From Octopus bimaculoides (lineage: Eukaryota), in NCBI RefSeq assembly GCF_001194135.2, contig NC_068987.1, positions 103,574,590 through 103,620,915 of the forward strand: a stretch of DNA of 46,326 nucleotides, in the 5' to 3' direction. The translations under genes and the position numbers were made by a program. The notes beneath the pieces were generated by a model that searched no databases, was not told where the DNA came from, and saw only the letters and a program-made list of their open reading frames with translations. How positions within the stretch are numbered: position 1 is the first letter of the stretch; every line of letters starts with the position of its first letter. Positions 1 to 12,252 of the stretch are shown here, in pieces.

Positions 1-41
<41 letters not shown>

Positions 42-132
42 AATATACAAATATATATATATATTTACATATGTATATATATACATATATGTATGTATGT
101 GTGTATGTATGTATGAATGTAAGTATATGTAT

Positions 133-208
133 ATATCATAATTCAGTTTTATTTCAAGATTTATTGTCCATAAAGAAGGAGCTGATTTCTAACTTAGATC
201 CAAGGTTC
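133..208 (+). repeat. Short interspersed repeat shared with 45218-45320
   Basis: TTCAGTTTTATTTCAAGATTTATTGTCCATAAAGAAGGAGCTGATTTCTAACTTAGATCCAAGG versus TTCAGTTTCATTTCAAGATTTCTTGCCAATAGAGAAAGAGCTGGTTTCTAACCTAGATCTAAGG. Confidence 0.8.
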
Positions 209-933
209 CTATTTATGGTTATTCAATCTACTAGAAATAGCAACCAAATCACAAATTACAACCCTACAATATCTTAAATGTGAATTACATAATCTACTTG
301 GTACCCGTAAAAGGACTGTGTGATTATGGCTGAAATTATTTTTGATCATGTGTCTCTTTAAGCGAGGCTGATCTAGTGCTAAACCTCAACAGCATTCTCT
401 TTACTCTTATCTTTTCAAACCGTAAGGAAATCAACATTTTTAATATAAACATTATTAAACTTTGCACCTTTGTAAATACGTATTTCCTACCTCAAAGGGA
501 CAGTAAACCTAATTATAGAACTGAAAGCGCTTGTGCGCCGTTGCCGAGGGACCTGTTACTAATTAACCCTTAGGTCTTCTATCCGAAACTGGTTATTTTA
601 CATAAGCGAATTTTCGTCTTTATTAGGGTCAGATGTATGGAAGACAGAGATTTGAAAAACTTCGATTAACTAGAAGTATCCAGGCAATCAATAGACAACA
701 TCTCTCTCTAGGGACGTTTAAAATCTACAACTAATAATCAGGGGAAGTAACACTGATAAATTTAGTTGACCGAAATTTTTAGGTTAATATTAAAATTTCT
801 CTTTGCAGAAGATGTTGTCTTTACAGCAGTTAGTGAAAAATTCAGTTTAATTTTTTAAAGACTTTTACATTGAAACTTTAAGCGGGTGTAAATAAACCTT
901 ATGATTCTCTTTATATACAGAAAAATTAAAATA

Positions 934-1058
934 GGCACATGTGTGGTTGTGTAATAAGAAGCTTGCTTCCCAATTACATTTGCCGGGTTCAGTCCCATTG
1001 TGTGGCACCTTGAGCCTTGTGAGTGGATTTGGTAGACGGAAACTGAAAGAAATCTGTC

Positions 1059-1093
<35 letters not shown>

Positions 1094-1299
1094 TGTGTGT
1101 GTGTGTGTGTGTGTGTGTCCCACTACCGCTAGACAACCGGTGTTGGTGAGTATTTATGTGGCAGTTCGCCGGATGAGACCGATAGAATAAGTACCAGGCT
1201 TAAAAAAAGTCCTGGGATTTATTCATTCGATTAAAGCCCTTCAAAACGGTGCTTAAACATGGCCACAGACAAATGACTGAAACAAGTAAAAGATAAGAG
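934..1299 (+). mobile_element. SINE family A (tRNA-like head, CORE-like segment, internal (TA)/(TG) microsatellite, CR1-type tail); internally deleted copy
   Basis: Shares GGGTTCAGTCCC..GTGGCACCTTG, GTGAGTGGATTTGGTAGACGGAAACTGAAAGAA, GACCGATAGAATAAGTAC and CATGGCC.CAG.CAAATGACTGAAACAAGTAAAAG with more than 10 other copies in the window. Confidence 0.88.
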
Positions 1300-1687
1300 A
1301 TATGTTCGAGACATCTATCACAATCTATTGACCAGTCCTCAGACCAGCTATCATTCCTTTTCCTCATTGCAAATCGTTATTTAAATCAAACAGAACACAG
1401 ATATTAACTGTAAATTTCGTCGGCGTCATGGGGTAATTAACAAAATATTTAAACACAAATACGCAATACAAAGTGCATTAGAAAACTAAGAAAAATCAAA
1501 AGCACTCCTAATGATTTTATTTTAAGCATACGCCCTGTAATTTAAAAAAATATAAATATATTGTTCATCTATTTGATTTGTCAGATTCTTGATATGAAAT
1601 TGTGCCCTGTAACAGATATTGTTATACTTGAGGATGGTCATCTTTTGCCAATTAAACACACGCATTATTTATTTGATCTTCGCTTTA

Positions 1688-1719
<32 letters not shown>

Positions 1720-1751
1720 TTATATTTATTGTTGTTGTTGTTATTATTATT

Positions 1752-1943
1752 AGGGCAGTGAACTGAAAAGAATCGTAAGCACGCCGGACGAAATGCTTAG
1801 CGGTATGTCGCCCGTCGCTACCTTCTGGGTTCAAATTCCACCGCGGTCAACTATGCCTTTCATCCTTTCGAGGTCTTTAAATTAAGTACCATTCAAGTAC
1901 TAGGGTCGATGTAATCAACTTTCCCCTCCTACAGTAGAAAGGA
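1752..1943 (+). mobile_element. SINE family B (tRNA-like head GAGCTGGCAGAATCGTTAGC...GTTCAAATTCC)
   Basis: Matches the family motif GAGGTCGACTTTGCCTTTCATCCTTTCGGGGTCGAT..TAAGTACCAGT..GTACTGGGGTCGATGTAATCGAC and ends AGTAGAAAGG(ATT)n. Confidence 0.85.
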
Positions 1944-2185
<242 letters not shown>

Positions 2186-2803
2186 NNNNNNNNNNNNNNN
2201 NNNNNNNNNNNNNNNNNNNNNNNNNNNNNNNNNNNNNNNNNNNNNNNNNNNNNNNNNNNNNNNNNNNNNNNNNNNNNNNNNNNNNNNNNNNNNNNNNNNN
2301 NNNNNNNNNNNNNNNNNNNNNNNNNNNNNNNNNNNNNNNNNNNNNNNNNNNNNNNNNNNNNNNNNNNNNNNNNNNNNNNNNNNNNNNNNNNNNNNNNNNN
2401 NNNNNNNNNNNNNNNNNNNNNNNNNNNNNNNNNNNNNNNNNNNNNNNNNNNNNNNNNNNNNNNNNNNNNNNNNNNNNNNNNNNNNNNNNNNNNNNNNNNN
2501 NNNNNNNNNNNNNNNNNNNNNNNNNNNNNNNNNNNNNNNNNNNNNNNNNNNNNNNNNNNNNNNNNNNNNNNNNNNNNNNNNNNNNNNNNNNNNNNNNNNN
2601 NNNNNNNNNNNNNNNNNNNNNNNNNNNNNNNNNNNNNNNNNNNNNNNNNNNNNNNNNNNNNNNNNNNNNNNNNNNNNNNNNNNNNNNNNNNNNNNNNNNN
2701 NNNNNNNNNNNNNNNNNNNNNNNNNNNNNNNNNNNNNNNNNNNNNNNNNNNNNNNNNNNNNNNNNNNNNNNNNNNNNNNNNNNNNNNNNNNNNNNNNNNN
2801 NNN
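2186..2803. other. Assembly gap (N run); others at 7463-7884, 9731-10237, 11169-12023, 18134-18233, 20914-21122, 27026-27186, 38493-39280, 43248-43554 and 45882-45891
   Basis: N runs, nearly all bordered by microsatellites, typical of short-read scaffolding breaks. Confidence 1.
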
Positions 2804-2981
2804 GGGACTGGTCGATTAAAAAAAACTCCAGTGTTTCACTGGTACTTAATCTATCAACCTCGAAAGGATAATAAATGGCAAAGTGGACCACGGCGGAATT
2901 TGAACTCAGAACGTAAGGATGAGCGAAATACCGCTAAGCATTTTTTCCGGGGTGCTAACAGTTCTGTCAGCTTGCTTCCTT
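2804..2981 (-). mobile_element. SINE family B
   Basis: Reverse complement of the family B head and body. Confidence 0.85.
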
Positions 2982-3014
2982 GCATAAACAATTAATAATA
3001 ATAATAACAAAAAA

Positions 3015-3407
3015 GTACTGATGCAGTCCCAAGCAGTGATTCTCAGGGCTTTTGATCTTAACTGATCTGAAGAGTTATCATGTGTATGTTTTGTTTTGGC
3101 ATAAAAGATGGGCTACAGCAAATATTCTGCTCAATACCACAGATTTGCTTGTCACTTGTTTGACCGTAACCAGTTGAGCATGTCCCTTGGTGGCTGACAA
3201 TATGTGCATCTCTGATCACGAGCAGGGCCCTCACCTGCAAGGTCATGCGCTGTTTATCTTGATACGAGATCATCATGTCGTACACATATGATTGTGATGC
3301 ATGTGCCTGGTGTACCCTTATCAGACGGGTAGTCATGTTGAGTATACTGGGCTTTGTATATTTTACCCCAGTGTCACTTTGATGGCATGTACTGCTCTCT
3401 CACTCAA
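3015..3407 (-). mobile_element. Family C copy with an internal deletion
   Basis: Reverse complement of 14663-15224 lacking ~170 bp of the middle. Flanked by (AAT)n and (CAA)n. Confidence 0.85.
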
Positions 3408-3776
3408 CAACAACAACAACAACACCAACTACAATAATAATAGCAATAACGCAAAAATGTTGAATTGACAAATGATGACCATCCCCAAATATAAGAATTT
3501 ATTCTATTCATACACAGGAAAATAAAACGGGTTATCGTTTATTGCAGAGGGCGCAAAGTATTATAACGAATAGAGTTAAGTTGGCTGTTTGGGTTTCATT
3601 TATGTAATGATCTGCTATTAGCTATCTTTGTGTGGAGTAGAGAGAGAAAGCACTTATCTTCTGATGAGGAGTCAATATACTGTGAAGCACATCCGAGTAT
3701 CACTCATTAATTTTTTGCGTGCAGAGTAAATATAAACATATATATACATATGTATATATATATATATATTGGTTCT

Positions 3777-3937
3777 GGCACGGTTGTGCGATAAGAAGCT
3801 TGCTTCCCAACCAAATGGTTCAGAGTTCAGCCCCACTGCATGGCACCTTGGGCAAGTGTCTTCTACCATAGCTTCGGAGTCATGCAAAGCCGTGTGAGTG
3901 AATTCGGTGGTAGACAGGAACTGAAAGAAACACGCCG

Positions 3938-3940
<3 letters not shown>
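3777..3940 (+). mobile_element. SINE family A, 5' half
   Basis: Head through GGCACCTTGGGCAAGTGTCTTCTAC...GAACTGAAAGAAAC, then microsatellite. Confidence 0.88.
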
Positions 3941-4007
<67 letters not shown>

Positions 4008-4164
4008 TATATATATATATACACACACATATATGTGTTTGTGTGTGAATATGTGTGTGTGTATGCGTATATGTATGTGCGTGTGTGTGAGTTTGTGCGT
4101 GTGTATCTATTTGTGTGTCTGAGAGACACCATCGTTGAAATAAAGAGCAAAATGTATCGTTATT

Positions 4165-4400
4165 ACTTGTATTAACGTCTGTGTCCATATCCTGGAAGGC
4201 TGAATGGGTGGAAAACAGAATCGCAAATAACAATGAAGAAGACAGGACGTCAGCTTGAATGAGTGGGAATAGAGGATCCTGATGGAATGTACGGCTTCAA
4301 AACGAGACACCGCAATGCTTAACGAGAAGTGGTTGGCTGGGTCTAAGTCCTTAGCCTCTAAGCCATGCGGATGGGCATATTCATGTGCGTGTGTGTGTGT
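4165..4400 (+). mobile_element. Possible highly decayed RTE-like 3' end
   Basis: One frame reads PGRLNGWKT...QLE*VGIEDPDGM...RHRNA*REVVG, loosely like RTE GRP..TW...GI......DR..WR.VV. It is followed by (TG)n. Weak. Confidence 0.25.
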
Positions 4401-5674
4401 GTCACAGTTCAATGATAATAATTCAAAAAGTTAGCTTCACAAAGTTTCCCGCTGTTTCTGCCCGAGGATAACACTACGGTGTTTTGTAAAACCCTCAGTC
4501 ACACAATATAATTCTATGACTAGATAGTACAGTTGATCGAATCAGTAGAAAACTTATACCGATGGGAAATGTATGAACGTTTTATTGCAGTTACGAAATG
4601 TATAAAGTTTGAAGAAAATCATGAAACATTATGACAGAATAATTCGGTAGATTATGTTGTCGTGGATCTAAAAAAAAAAAGAGAACAGTTGCTTTGCTCG
4701 GAAAGCGAATTTAACTCTTAGACGATTTGAACTCAGCGTTAGTGATTGCTGTTACTCTTCTGAACAACAAATTAGTCAGACTAAATTATAAATGTTTCAA
4801 GTGATTTTTATTTATTTATATAGAGGGTAAATTAAATTATACCTAATAGGATCAATGTCAATACACAATTGAGAGATCAGTAATAAAAGACACACTACTG
4901 GGATTAATACTCACATAAGTTACGTCAAAATGTCAAGAGCTATTAAGGTTTTGATAATATTAAAGACACGCAAACAGAACTTGAAGTTAAATTCGAGTTA
5001 TCTACTAAACTCAATTTTACATACTGCACTATGTGCTCACAGATGTTTTTAAAAGTTTGATACAGAGAAACGATAATATGATATTTAAGAATCAGAGAGA
5101 TCTCAAAAGTATAGTGCTCAGGAAGCATATTTTTGTTCCAAATTGTAAAACTTTTAAATGTTATCGATCAGAATAGTTGTCTTTGTCCATTCGTAATACA
5201 AGTACCAAGTAAATCAAAGAAGCTAAGGAGAATTCGTGTAAAAAAATCATGTGCTTTGATGCAATAAATAACTAAAAAATAAGCAAAGTATCTCAAAGAT
5301 GTACTCCAGAGTCTGAGGAAGGTCCACTTGTAACAATTTACTTCAAGAAAGTATTATAAAACGCTTATGAAACTGTTTTTCTATGATCACTGAGAGATAC
5401 GTAACCTCCGACTCAATTTCCTTTTAGCTCATTTATGAAGGCGCTACAAGTTATCTTGGTGAGATTCACATGAGTTTATGACTTCATACGGAGCACGAAT
5501 ACGTTACAAGCTTCATCCGGTTAGCACGAGTTGCTTTTCATTTCTAACATTGACGCTACTGCAGTGTTATAAGTAACATTATAAGTAATATTGGATAAGA
5601 ACAAAATACTAGCAATATCTAAAAATTGAGGATCATCAATTGTTCTATATTATGTTTATAATATATGGCTGGGT

Positions 5675-6058
5675 GGAGGCGCAATGGCTCAGTGGTTAGG
5701 GCAGCGGACTCTCGGTCATAGGATCGCGGTTTCGATTCCCAGACCGGGCGTTGTGAGTGTTTATTGAGCGAAAACATCTCAAGTTCCACGAGACTCCGGC
5801 AGAGGATGGTGGCAAACCCTGCTGTACTCTTCCACCACAACTTTCTTTCACTCTTACTTCCTGTTTCTGCTGTGCTTGTAATTCAAAGGGTCAGCCTTGT
5901 CACACTCTGTGTCACGCTGAATATCTCTGAGAACTACGTTAAGGATACACGTGTCTGTGGAGTGCTCAGCCACTTGCACGTTAATTTCACGAGCAGGCTG
6001 TTCTGTTCATCGGATCAACTGGAACCCTCGACGTCGTAAGCGACGGAGTGCCAACAAC
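5675..6058 (+). mobile_element. SINE family D, full-length tRNA-headed copy with TSD
   Basis: A-box TGGCTCAGTGG (5685-95), B-box-like GTTTCGATTCC (5729-39) and a (CAA)n tail. 15 bp TSD AATATA(T/C)GGCTGGGT at 5660-5674 and 6059-6073. The 3' part matches the inverted copy at 43117-43247. Confidence 0.92.
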
Positions 6059-6918
6059 AATATACGGCTGGGTTCAACTCAGAGAGTAAAATGATATAAC
6101 AAGATACAGCAGAACATTTGGTTCGGTGTTGTACTGAAGTTGCCGTTCCACGGCATCACTTCTAAATAATATATCATATTATTATAAAACATTAATAAAA
6201 TGAGAGTGAATATTGTATTTTATGTGATTTTAAATTACTAATAATATCCTACTATCAAGAAATTGTTTCTGCAGCACCACACGATCTCTGAACAAATTGC
6301 TAATGAAACAAATATAACAAATTAAGTATAATAAATATGTGAAAATTTTTTCACATCATTAAATAGGAAATTTTAATACTTTTAAAAATATTTTCTTAAA
6401 CCAGTCCATTTACAAGCCACTCTTGCCCTGAACTAAACTAAAGCATTGTTTTTTTGTTTTTTTTTTTGTTGCTTTGTTTATTATTCTTGGCCTTATAGCG
6501 ACTTACAATTATTCTCCAATGACCATTCTCAATATGTTGAATTTCTTTGCTCCACTTCGTCCCTAAATTTTTATTTTACCTACCTGTCATAACCTTTAAC
6601 CCTATATACATAACAATTTCTTTCATTGAGATTTTTTAAGAGATTCCAAAACCAATTGTACACAACACACTCTTTTAAAGAAGTTTACCTTCCTATTTCG
6701 AATCACTAGCAAGTGAATGTTCTTACACTGGCTGAACAATTTAAGAAGACGATCATCGAATTACGAAGCTCCAACGAACTTCATCTTCATAAGCAATTTG
6801 ACTGTACTCACAGTAGTTATTCTTAAGTATACTTCAAAATAATAAGCCTTCTTTTAACATCTATGCTTACATGCATGGATACATGTGCATATGTAAAGAA
6901 ACATATATCAACAATATA

Positions 6919-6964
<46 letters not shown>

Positions 6965-7279
6965 CACTTATTGGTATACATCAAGATACACACACACACC
7001 CACACACACACACACAGAAGACTTATAATTTCTTATCACGCAAGAGTATACATAACCAACCCGAATTCTTGTACGTTCATAATTAAATAATTAAATTTTG
7101 CAAAATATCTGAACACCTCAAGTATTAATAGATCTTTTTTTTTTTTGTCAAACACGCAACAAAACAGAATTCCGCATGATGTATTTATGCACATTTACAG
7201 AAAGATAATCACCCAGCAATACATAAATGTGTGAGTGCGTGTATATGTTTGTGCATTGTTATAGACAGATGCATATATA

Positions 7280-7330
7280 AATAGATAGATAGAGAGATAG
7301 ATAGAGAGATAGATAGATAGAGAGATAGAG

Positions 7331-7405
<75 letters not shown>
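7280..7405. repeat. (GATA)n microsatellite; others at ~8730-8765, 17085-17150, 17750-17800, 17950-18000, 29398-29550 (GATA/GACA) and 41570-41622
   Basis: Directly visible. Confidence 0.95.
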
Positions 7406-7408
<3 letters not shown>

Positions 7409-8216
7409 AAAGAGAGATTAAGCACACACACACACATAAATATATATACAGAAAATATATATNNNNNNNNNNNNNNNNNNNNNNNNNNNNNNNNNNNNNN
7501 NNNNNNNNNNNNNNNNNNNNNNNNNNNNNNNNNNNNNNNNNNNNNNNNNNNNNNNNNNNNNNNNNNNNNNNNNNNNNNNNNNNNNNNNNNNNNNNNNNNN
7601 NNNNNNNNNNNNNNNNNNNNNNNNNNNNNNNNNNNNNNNNNNNNNNNNNNNNNNNNNNNNNNNNNNNNNNNNNNNNNNNNNNNNNNNNNNNNNNNNNNNN
7701 NNNNNNNNNNNNNNNNNNNNNNNNNNNNNNNNNNNNNNNNNNNNNNNNNNNNNNNNNNNNNNNNNNNNNNNNNNNNNNNNNNNNNNNNNNNNNNNNNNNN
7801 NNNNNNNNNNNNNNNNNNNNNNNNNNNNNNNNNNNNNNNNNNNNNNNNNNNNNNNNNNNNNNNNNNNNNNNNNNNNNNNNNNNNATATATATGTATATAT
7901 ATATATAAGCACCTATGCTTATATATATCCAACCTAAATAAGCATGTATGCTCCCACATGGTGGCATGCAAGACTATATAGTGATGGAAACACGTTCTAA
8001 TTTGGATATCAAAATATATAAATAGAAATGAAGGCAAACTTATGTGCCTAAACATATTTAACCTGTTAAAATATGGAAGTATGGTAATAATCTTCACACG
8101 ATATGTTCCCATTTCTGCTAAAATAACTGTAAAATGGTCAAATTAATCAGAATAGCTAAATAAGAAGCGATAATAAATGAAAAGATCTTAAATACACTAA
8201 ATAAAAGTCGTGCTGG

Positions 8217-8286
8217 TGCATGGCTTAGTGGTAAGTGTGTTGGACTCATGGTAGTGTGATTTCGATTCCTGGACCGGTAGGCGCGT
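8217..8286 (+). mobile_element. Isolated tRNA-derived SINE head fragment
   Basis: GGTGCATGGCTTAGTGGTAAG...GATTTCGATTCCTGGACCGG has A- and B-box-like motifs resembling the D/E head. Confidence 0.6.
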
Positions 8287-8288
8287 CT

Positions 8289-8467
8289 TTTTACTTGTCT
8301 CAGCCATTAGACTGCGACCATTCTAGGGCACCACCTTCAATAATTTTACTCGAACGAATCGAACCTCCATTACTTATTTTCTAAACCTGGTACTTAATCT
8401 ATCGGTCTGCTTTGGGGAACTGGTAAGTTACAGGAACAGAAACACACTCACCCACCCACAAACGTAA

Positions 8468-8503
<36 letters not shown>

Positions 8504-8650
8504 ATACATCGGGCTTCTTTCAGCTTTTGTCTACTAAAACTTCTCACAAGGCTCTGGTCAGCCCGAAGATATAGAAAAAGACAGTTGCCCAAGATGCTAC
8601 GCAGTGGGACTGAAACTAGAACAATGTAGTTGTGAAACAAACTTCTTACG
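8289..8650 (-). mobile_element. SINE family A, diverged near-full copy
   Basis: Reverse complement of the family A tail, internal microsatellite and head. Confidence 0.85.
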
Positions 8651-8727
8651 CCTTATAAAAAATGAAATTATATATATATATGCACACACACAAACACACA
8701 CACACATATATATATACATACATATAT

Positions 8728-8766
<39 letters not shown>

Positions 8767-9330
8767 TTTTAACAGAACATGATGGATATGTATAGTGATG
8801 AACTGAATACCTTTAAGTTTTTTTTAAAAAACGTTAGAGGATATAACGTCAACGGTAGCCAAGAGAAAGAGGAGGGGTAAAGGAAAGAAAAAAAAAGCAG
8901 AAACCAAATAAATAAGAAATATAGAACGATATGTGAATTAAATAAAAGCCTGAGGTCTTGGAAAATATATATCTAGTGGAAGTGAAATGTAAGAAGAAAA
9001 TCAATGTTCAAATTATATATAATGGTAGATATCATTTATATGAACCAATGATGTCTTCGAAACATATGTCGGAAGTAAAAGAGTTTGAATAACACCTTAT
9101 GTATGTATGTATGAATTTGTGTTGCGTGAATCCTGATGTGAAATCGTGTGTTGAAACTGATATTGCTGTATTTTCGAATGATCTTTTTTTTTTGCCAAAT
9201 AAAAACGCACTAAATAATCGTTCTTCACTCGTTTATTACTGATCTTATTCTAACTCATGTCCATTGGCAGGAAATCTTTCGTCAGCGACACTTCGTGTGT
9301 GTTCTTGCTCTGCTTATATATATATGTACA

Positions 9331-9383
9331 TATGAGAGTACTGAAAAGTTTCCGACTTTGAGTAAAAGAAAATGCAGGAGGAA
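9331..9383. mobile_element. Terminal fragment of the same mariner family
   Basis: TATGAGAGTACTGAAAAGTTTCCGACTTTGAGTAAAAGAAAATGCAGGAGGA aligns with 12047-12100 (TACGAGAGTAGTGAAAAG...TAAAAGAAAACACAGGAGGA). Confidence 0.65.
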
Positions 9384-9427
9384 CATAACGGAATAAGCAG
9401 AGCAAGAGCACACACGAAGACGGAAAA

Positions 9428-9472
9428 TGTCACTGAAGAGGTCCCATAGGTGTGACGAAAGATTTCCTGACA
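9428..9472 (+). ncRNA. Minimal type-I hammerhead ribozyme-like motif with intact CUGAAGA/GAAA core
   Basis: Stem I TGTCA (9428-32)/TGACA (9468-72); CTGAAGA (9433-39); stem II GTC/GAC; GAAA (9457-60); AGA/TTT stem III; UUC triplet followed by one extra C. Confidence 0.6.
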
Positions 9473-11020
9473 ATGCACATGAGGTGGAATAAGAACAGTA
9501 ATAAACGAGTGAAGAAAGAATATATAGAGCGTGTGATTATTTCGCAAAAAAGAAAAAAAATGGCCATCCCGAAACACAACATTATATACATATGTGTGTG
9601 TGTGTGTGTGTGTGTGTATTTATGTATGTATGTATGTATATGTATATATATGTATATATATATACATATATATGTATATATATGTATATATATATACATA
9701 TATATATGTATATTTATGTATATATGTATANNNNNNNNNNNNNNNNNNNNNNNNNNNNNNNNNNNNNNNNNNNNNNNNNNNNNNNNNNNNNNNNNNNNNN
9801 NNNNNNNNNNNNNNNNNNNNNNNNNNNNNNNNNNNNNNNNNNNNNNNNNNNNNNNNNNNNNNNNNNNNNNNNNNNNNNNNNNNNNNNNNNNNNNNNNNNN
9901 NNNNNNNNNNNNNNNNNNNNNNNNNNNNNNNNNNNNNNNNNNNNNNNNNNNNNNNNNNNNNNNNNNNNNNNNNNNNNNNNNNNNNNNNNNNNNNNNNNNN
10001 NNNNNNNNNNNNNNNNNNNNNNNNNNNNNNNNNNNNNNNNNNNNNNNNNNNNNNNNNNNNNNNNNNNNNNNNNNNNNNNNNNNNNNNNNNNNNNNNNNNN
10101 NNNNNNNNNNNNNNNNNNNNNNNNNNNNNNNNNNNNNNNNNNNNNNNNNNNNNNNNNNNNNNNNNNNNNNNNNNNNNNNNNNNNNNNNNNNNNNNNNNNN
10201 NNNNNNNNNNNNNNNNNNNNNNNNNNNNNNNNNNNNNTATATAATAAATTAACCACCAAAATAGCAGAAAAAAACGACAGTGAAGGTATGTAGACTCTTC
10301 AAGAATCGATCCTTTTGGTTATATTATAGAATAATAAAGGAGTTACGACGCAAAAACGTATATATTCAAATGAACATATTTATCTTCTTCAATATATATT
10401 TCAGTATAAAGCATTCATTAAGAGACTTAATAAATCAAAATTTTTTTTACACATCTTCAGGAATAAATATAACATCAGAAAAATTACATTCGGTTTAAAA
10501 AAACAAACTGTTCCTGGCGAAAAAATTACACAATTACAAATACCGAACAAAATTTTTAAAGTTTTAGTAAAAAGAACGCTATTACTTACATGCACGCATC
10601 TGCGTGTGCGCCCGTACACACACGCACACACGTTCATGCGCGCACACACGTGCACGCTCACATGCATATGCATGCATACACAAACAAGCAAAATTCACAA
10701 GCCATAAACACATACACACACATACACATACACACACATACACACACACACACATACATCTACATACATATATATATATATATATAAATATATAAAAACA
10801 ATTTATTTTAAAATATATTATAAAATTATATATACATATACACAAAAAAACAAATATGCATATACACATACAAAACACCATACACACACATACACACATA
10901 CATACATATATACATATATATACATGTACATATACATACATATATACACACACACATATACATACATACAAACATATATACGTATATACATATATATACA
11001 TATATATATATATATAAATA

Positions 11021-11075
11021 GCGGTGCCCCAGCAAGGCCACAGCTCACGAGCTGAAACTAGATAAAATGAAAATG
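11021..11075 (+). mobile_element. Isolated 3' tail of the CR1-group LINE/SINE A type
   Basis: GCGGTGCCCCAGCAAGGCCACAGCTCACGAGCTGAAACTAGATAAAATGAAAATGAAG. Confidence 0.7.
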
Positions 11076-12048
11076 AAGAATGAATATATATACATATATA
11101 TACATATACATATATACACACATACAAAACATCACACACACACACACACACACATATATACACACATANNNNNNNNNNNNNNNNNNNNNNNNNNNNNNNN
11201 NNNNNNNNNNNNNNNNNNNNNNNNNNNNNNNNNNNNNNNNNNNNNNNNNNNNNNNNNNNNNNNNNNNNNNNNNNNNNNNNNNNNNNNNNNNNNNNNNNNN
11301 NNNNNNNNNNNNNNNNNNNNNNNNNNNNNNNNNNNNNNNNNNNNNNNNNNNNNNNNNNNNNNNNNNNNNNNNNNNNNNNNNNNNNNNNNNNNNNNNNNNN
11401 NNNNNNNNNNNNNNNNNNNNNNNNNNNNNNNNNNNNNNNNNNNNNNNNNNNNNNNNNNNNNNNNNNNNNNNNNNNNNNNNNNNNNNNNNNNNNNNNNNNN
11501 NNNNNNNNNNNNNNNNNNNNNNNNNNNNNNNNNNNNNNNNNNNNNNNNNNNNNNNNNNNNNNNNNNNNNNNNNNNNNNNNNNNNNNNNNNNNNNNNNNNN
11601 NNNNNNNNNNNNNNNNNNNNNNNNNNNNNNNNNNNNNNNNNNNNNNNNNNNNNNNNNNNNNNNNNNNNNNNNNNNNNNNNNNNNNNNNNNNNNNNNNNNN
11701 NNNNNNNNNNNNNNNNNNNNNNNNNNNNNNNNNNNNNNNNNNNNNNNNNNNNNNNNNNNNNNNNNNNNNNNNNNNNNNNNNNNNNNNNNNNNNNNNNNNN
11801 NNNNNNNNNNNNNNNNNNNNNNNNNNNNNNNNNNNNNNNNNNNNNNNNNNNNNNNNNNNNNNNNNNNNNNNNNNNNNNNNNNNNNNNNNNNNNNNNNNNN
11901 NNNNNNNNNNNNNNNNNNNNNNNNNNNNNNNNNNNNNNNNNNNNNNNNNNNNNNNNNNNNNNNNNNNNNNNNNNNNNNNNNNNNNNNNNNNNNNNNNNNN
12001 NNNNNNNNNNNNNNNNNNNNNNNATATATATATATATATATATATATA

Positions 12049-12252
12049 CGAGAGTAGTGAAAAGCGCCTGATTTAGTCTAAAAGAAAACACAGGAGGATC
12101 AATTAATTATGATTTTGTTCCCCCTGCCAGGTTCGCACACTTATTGCAGCGCTCCTTCAGTTTTTCTATGACCTGTAAAAGAATTCAGATTATGCATCCA
12201 ACCAGGCCTTTTGCGAGACCCTTAAAGCCAGGAATTTTTTCGCACCTCCTTG
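12049..12252 (-). mobile_element. mariner-derived short non-autonomous element retaining the transposase C-terminus
   Basis: Degenerate TIRs CGAGAGTAGTGAAAAG..CCTG and, on the reverse complement, CAAGGAGGTGCGAAAAAATTCCTGG, flanked by TA at 12047-48 and 12253-54. The minus strand reads LQVIEKLKERCNKCANLAGG, similar to the mariner C-terminal ...KL..RW.KC...G.Y.E motif. Confidence 0.7.

Larger units (their letters stand above)
9184..9560. repeat. Long imperfect inverted repeat (arms ~9184-9317 and ~9393-9560)
   Basis: CTTCACTCGTTTATTACTGATCTTATTC...GGCAGGAAATCTTTCGTCA...CTTCGTGTGTGTTCTTGCTCTGCTTAT is matched by the reverse complement of ATAAGCAGAGCAAGAGCACACACGAAG...TGACGAAAGATTTCCTGAC...GAATAAGAACAGTAATAAACGAGTGAAG. 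Confidence 0.9.

Noticed and set aside
9040-9075. GAAAC-ATAT-GTC half-motif
   Set aside because: No CUGANGA core or stem II upstream.
10238-10291. Donor-like GAAG|GTATGT just after a gap
   Set aside because: No visible acceptor; any upstream exon part would be hidden in the N run.
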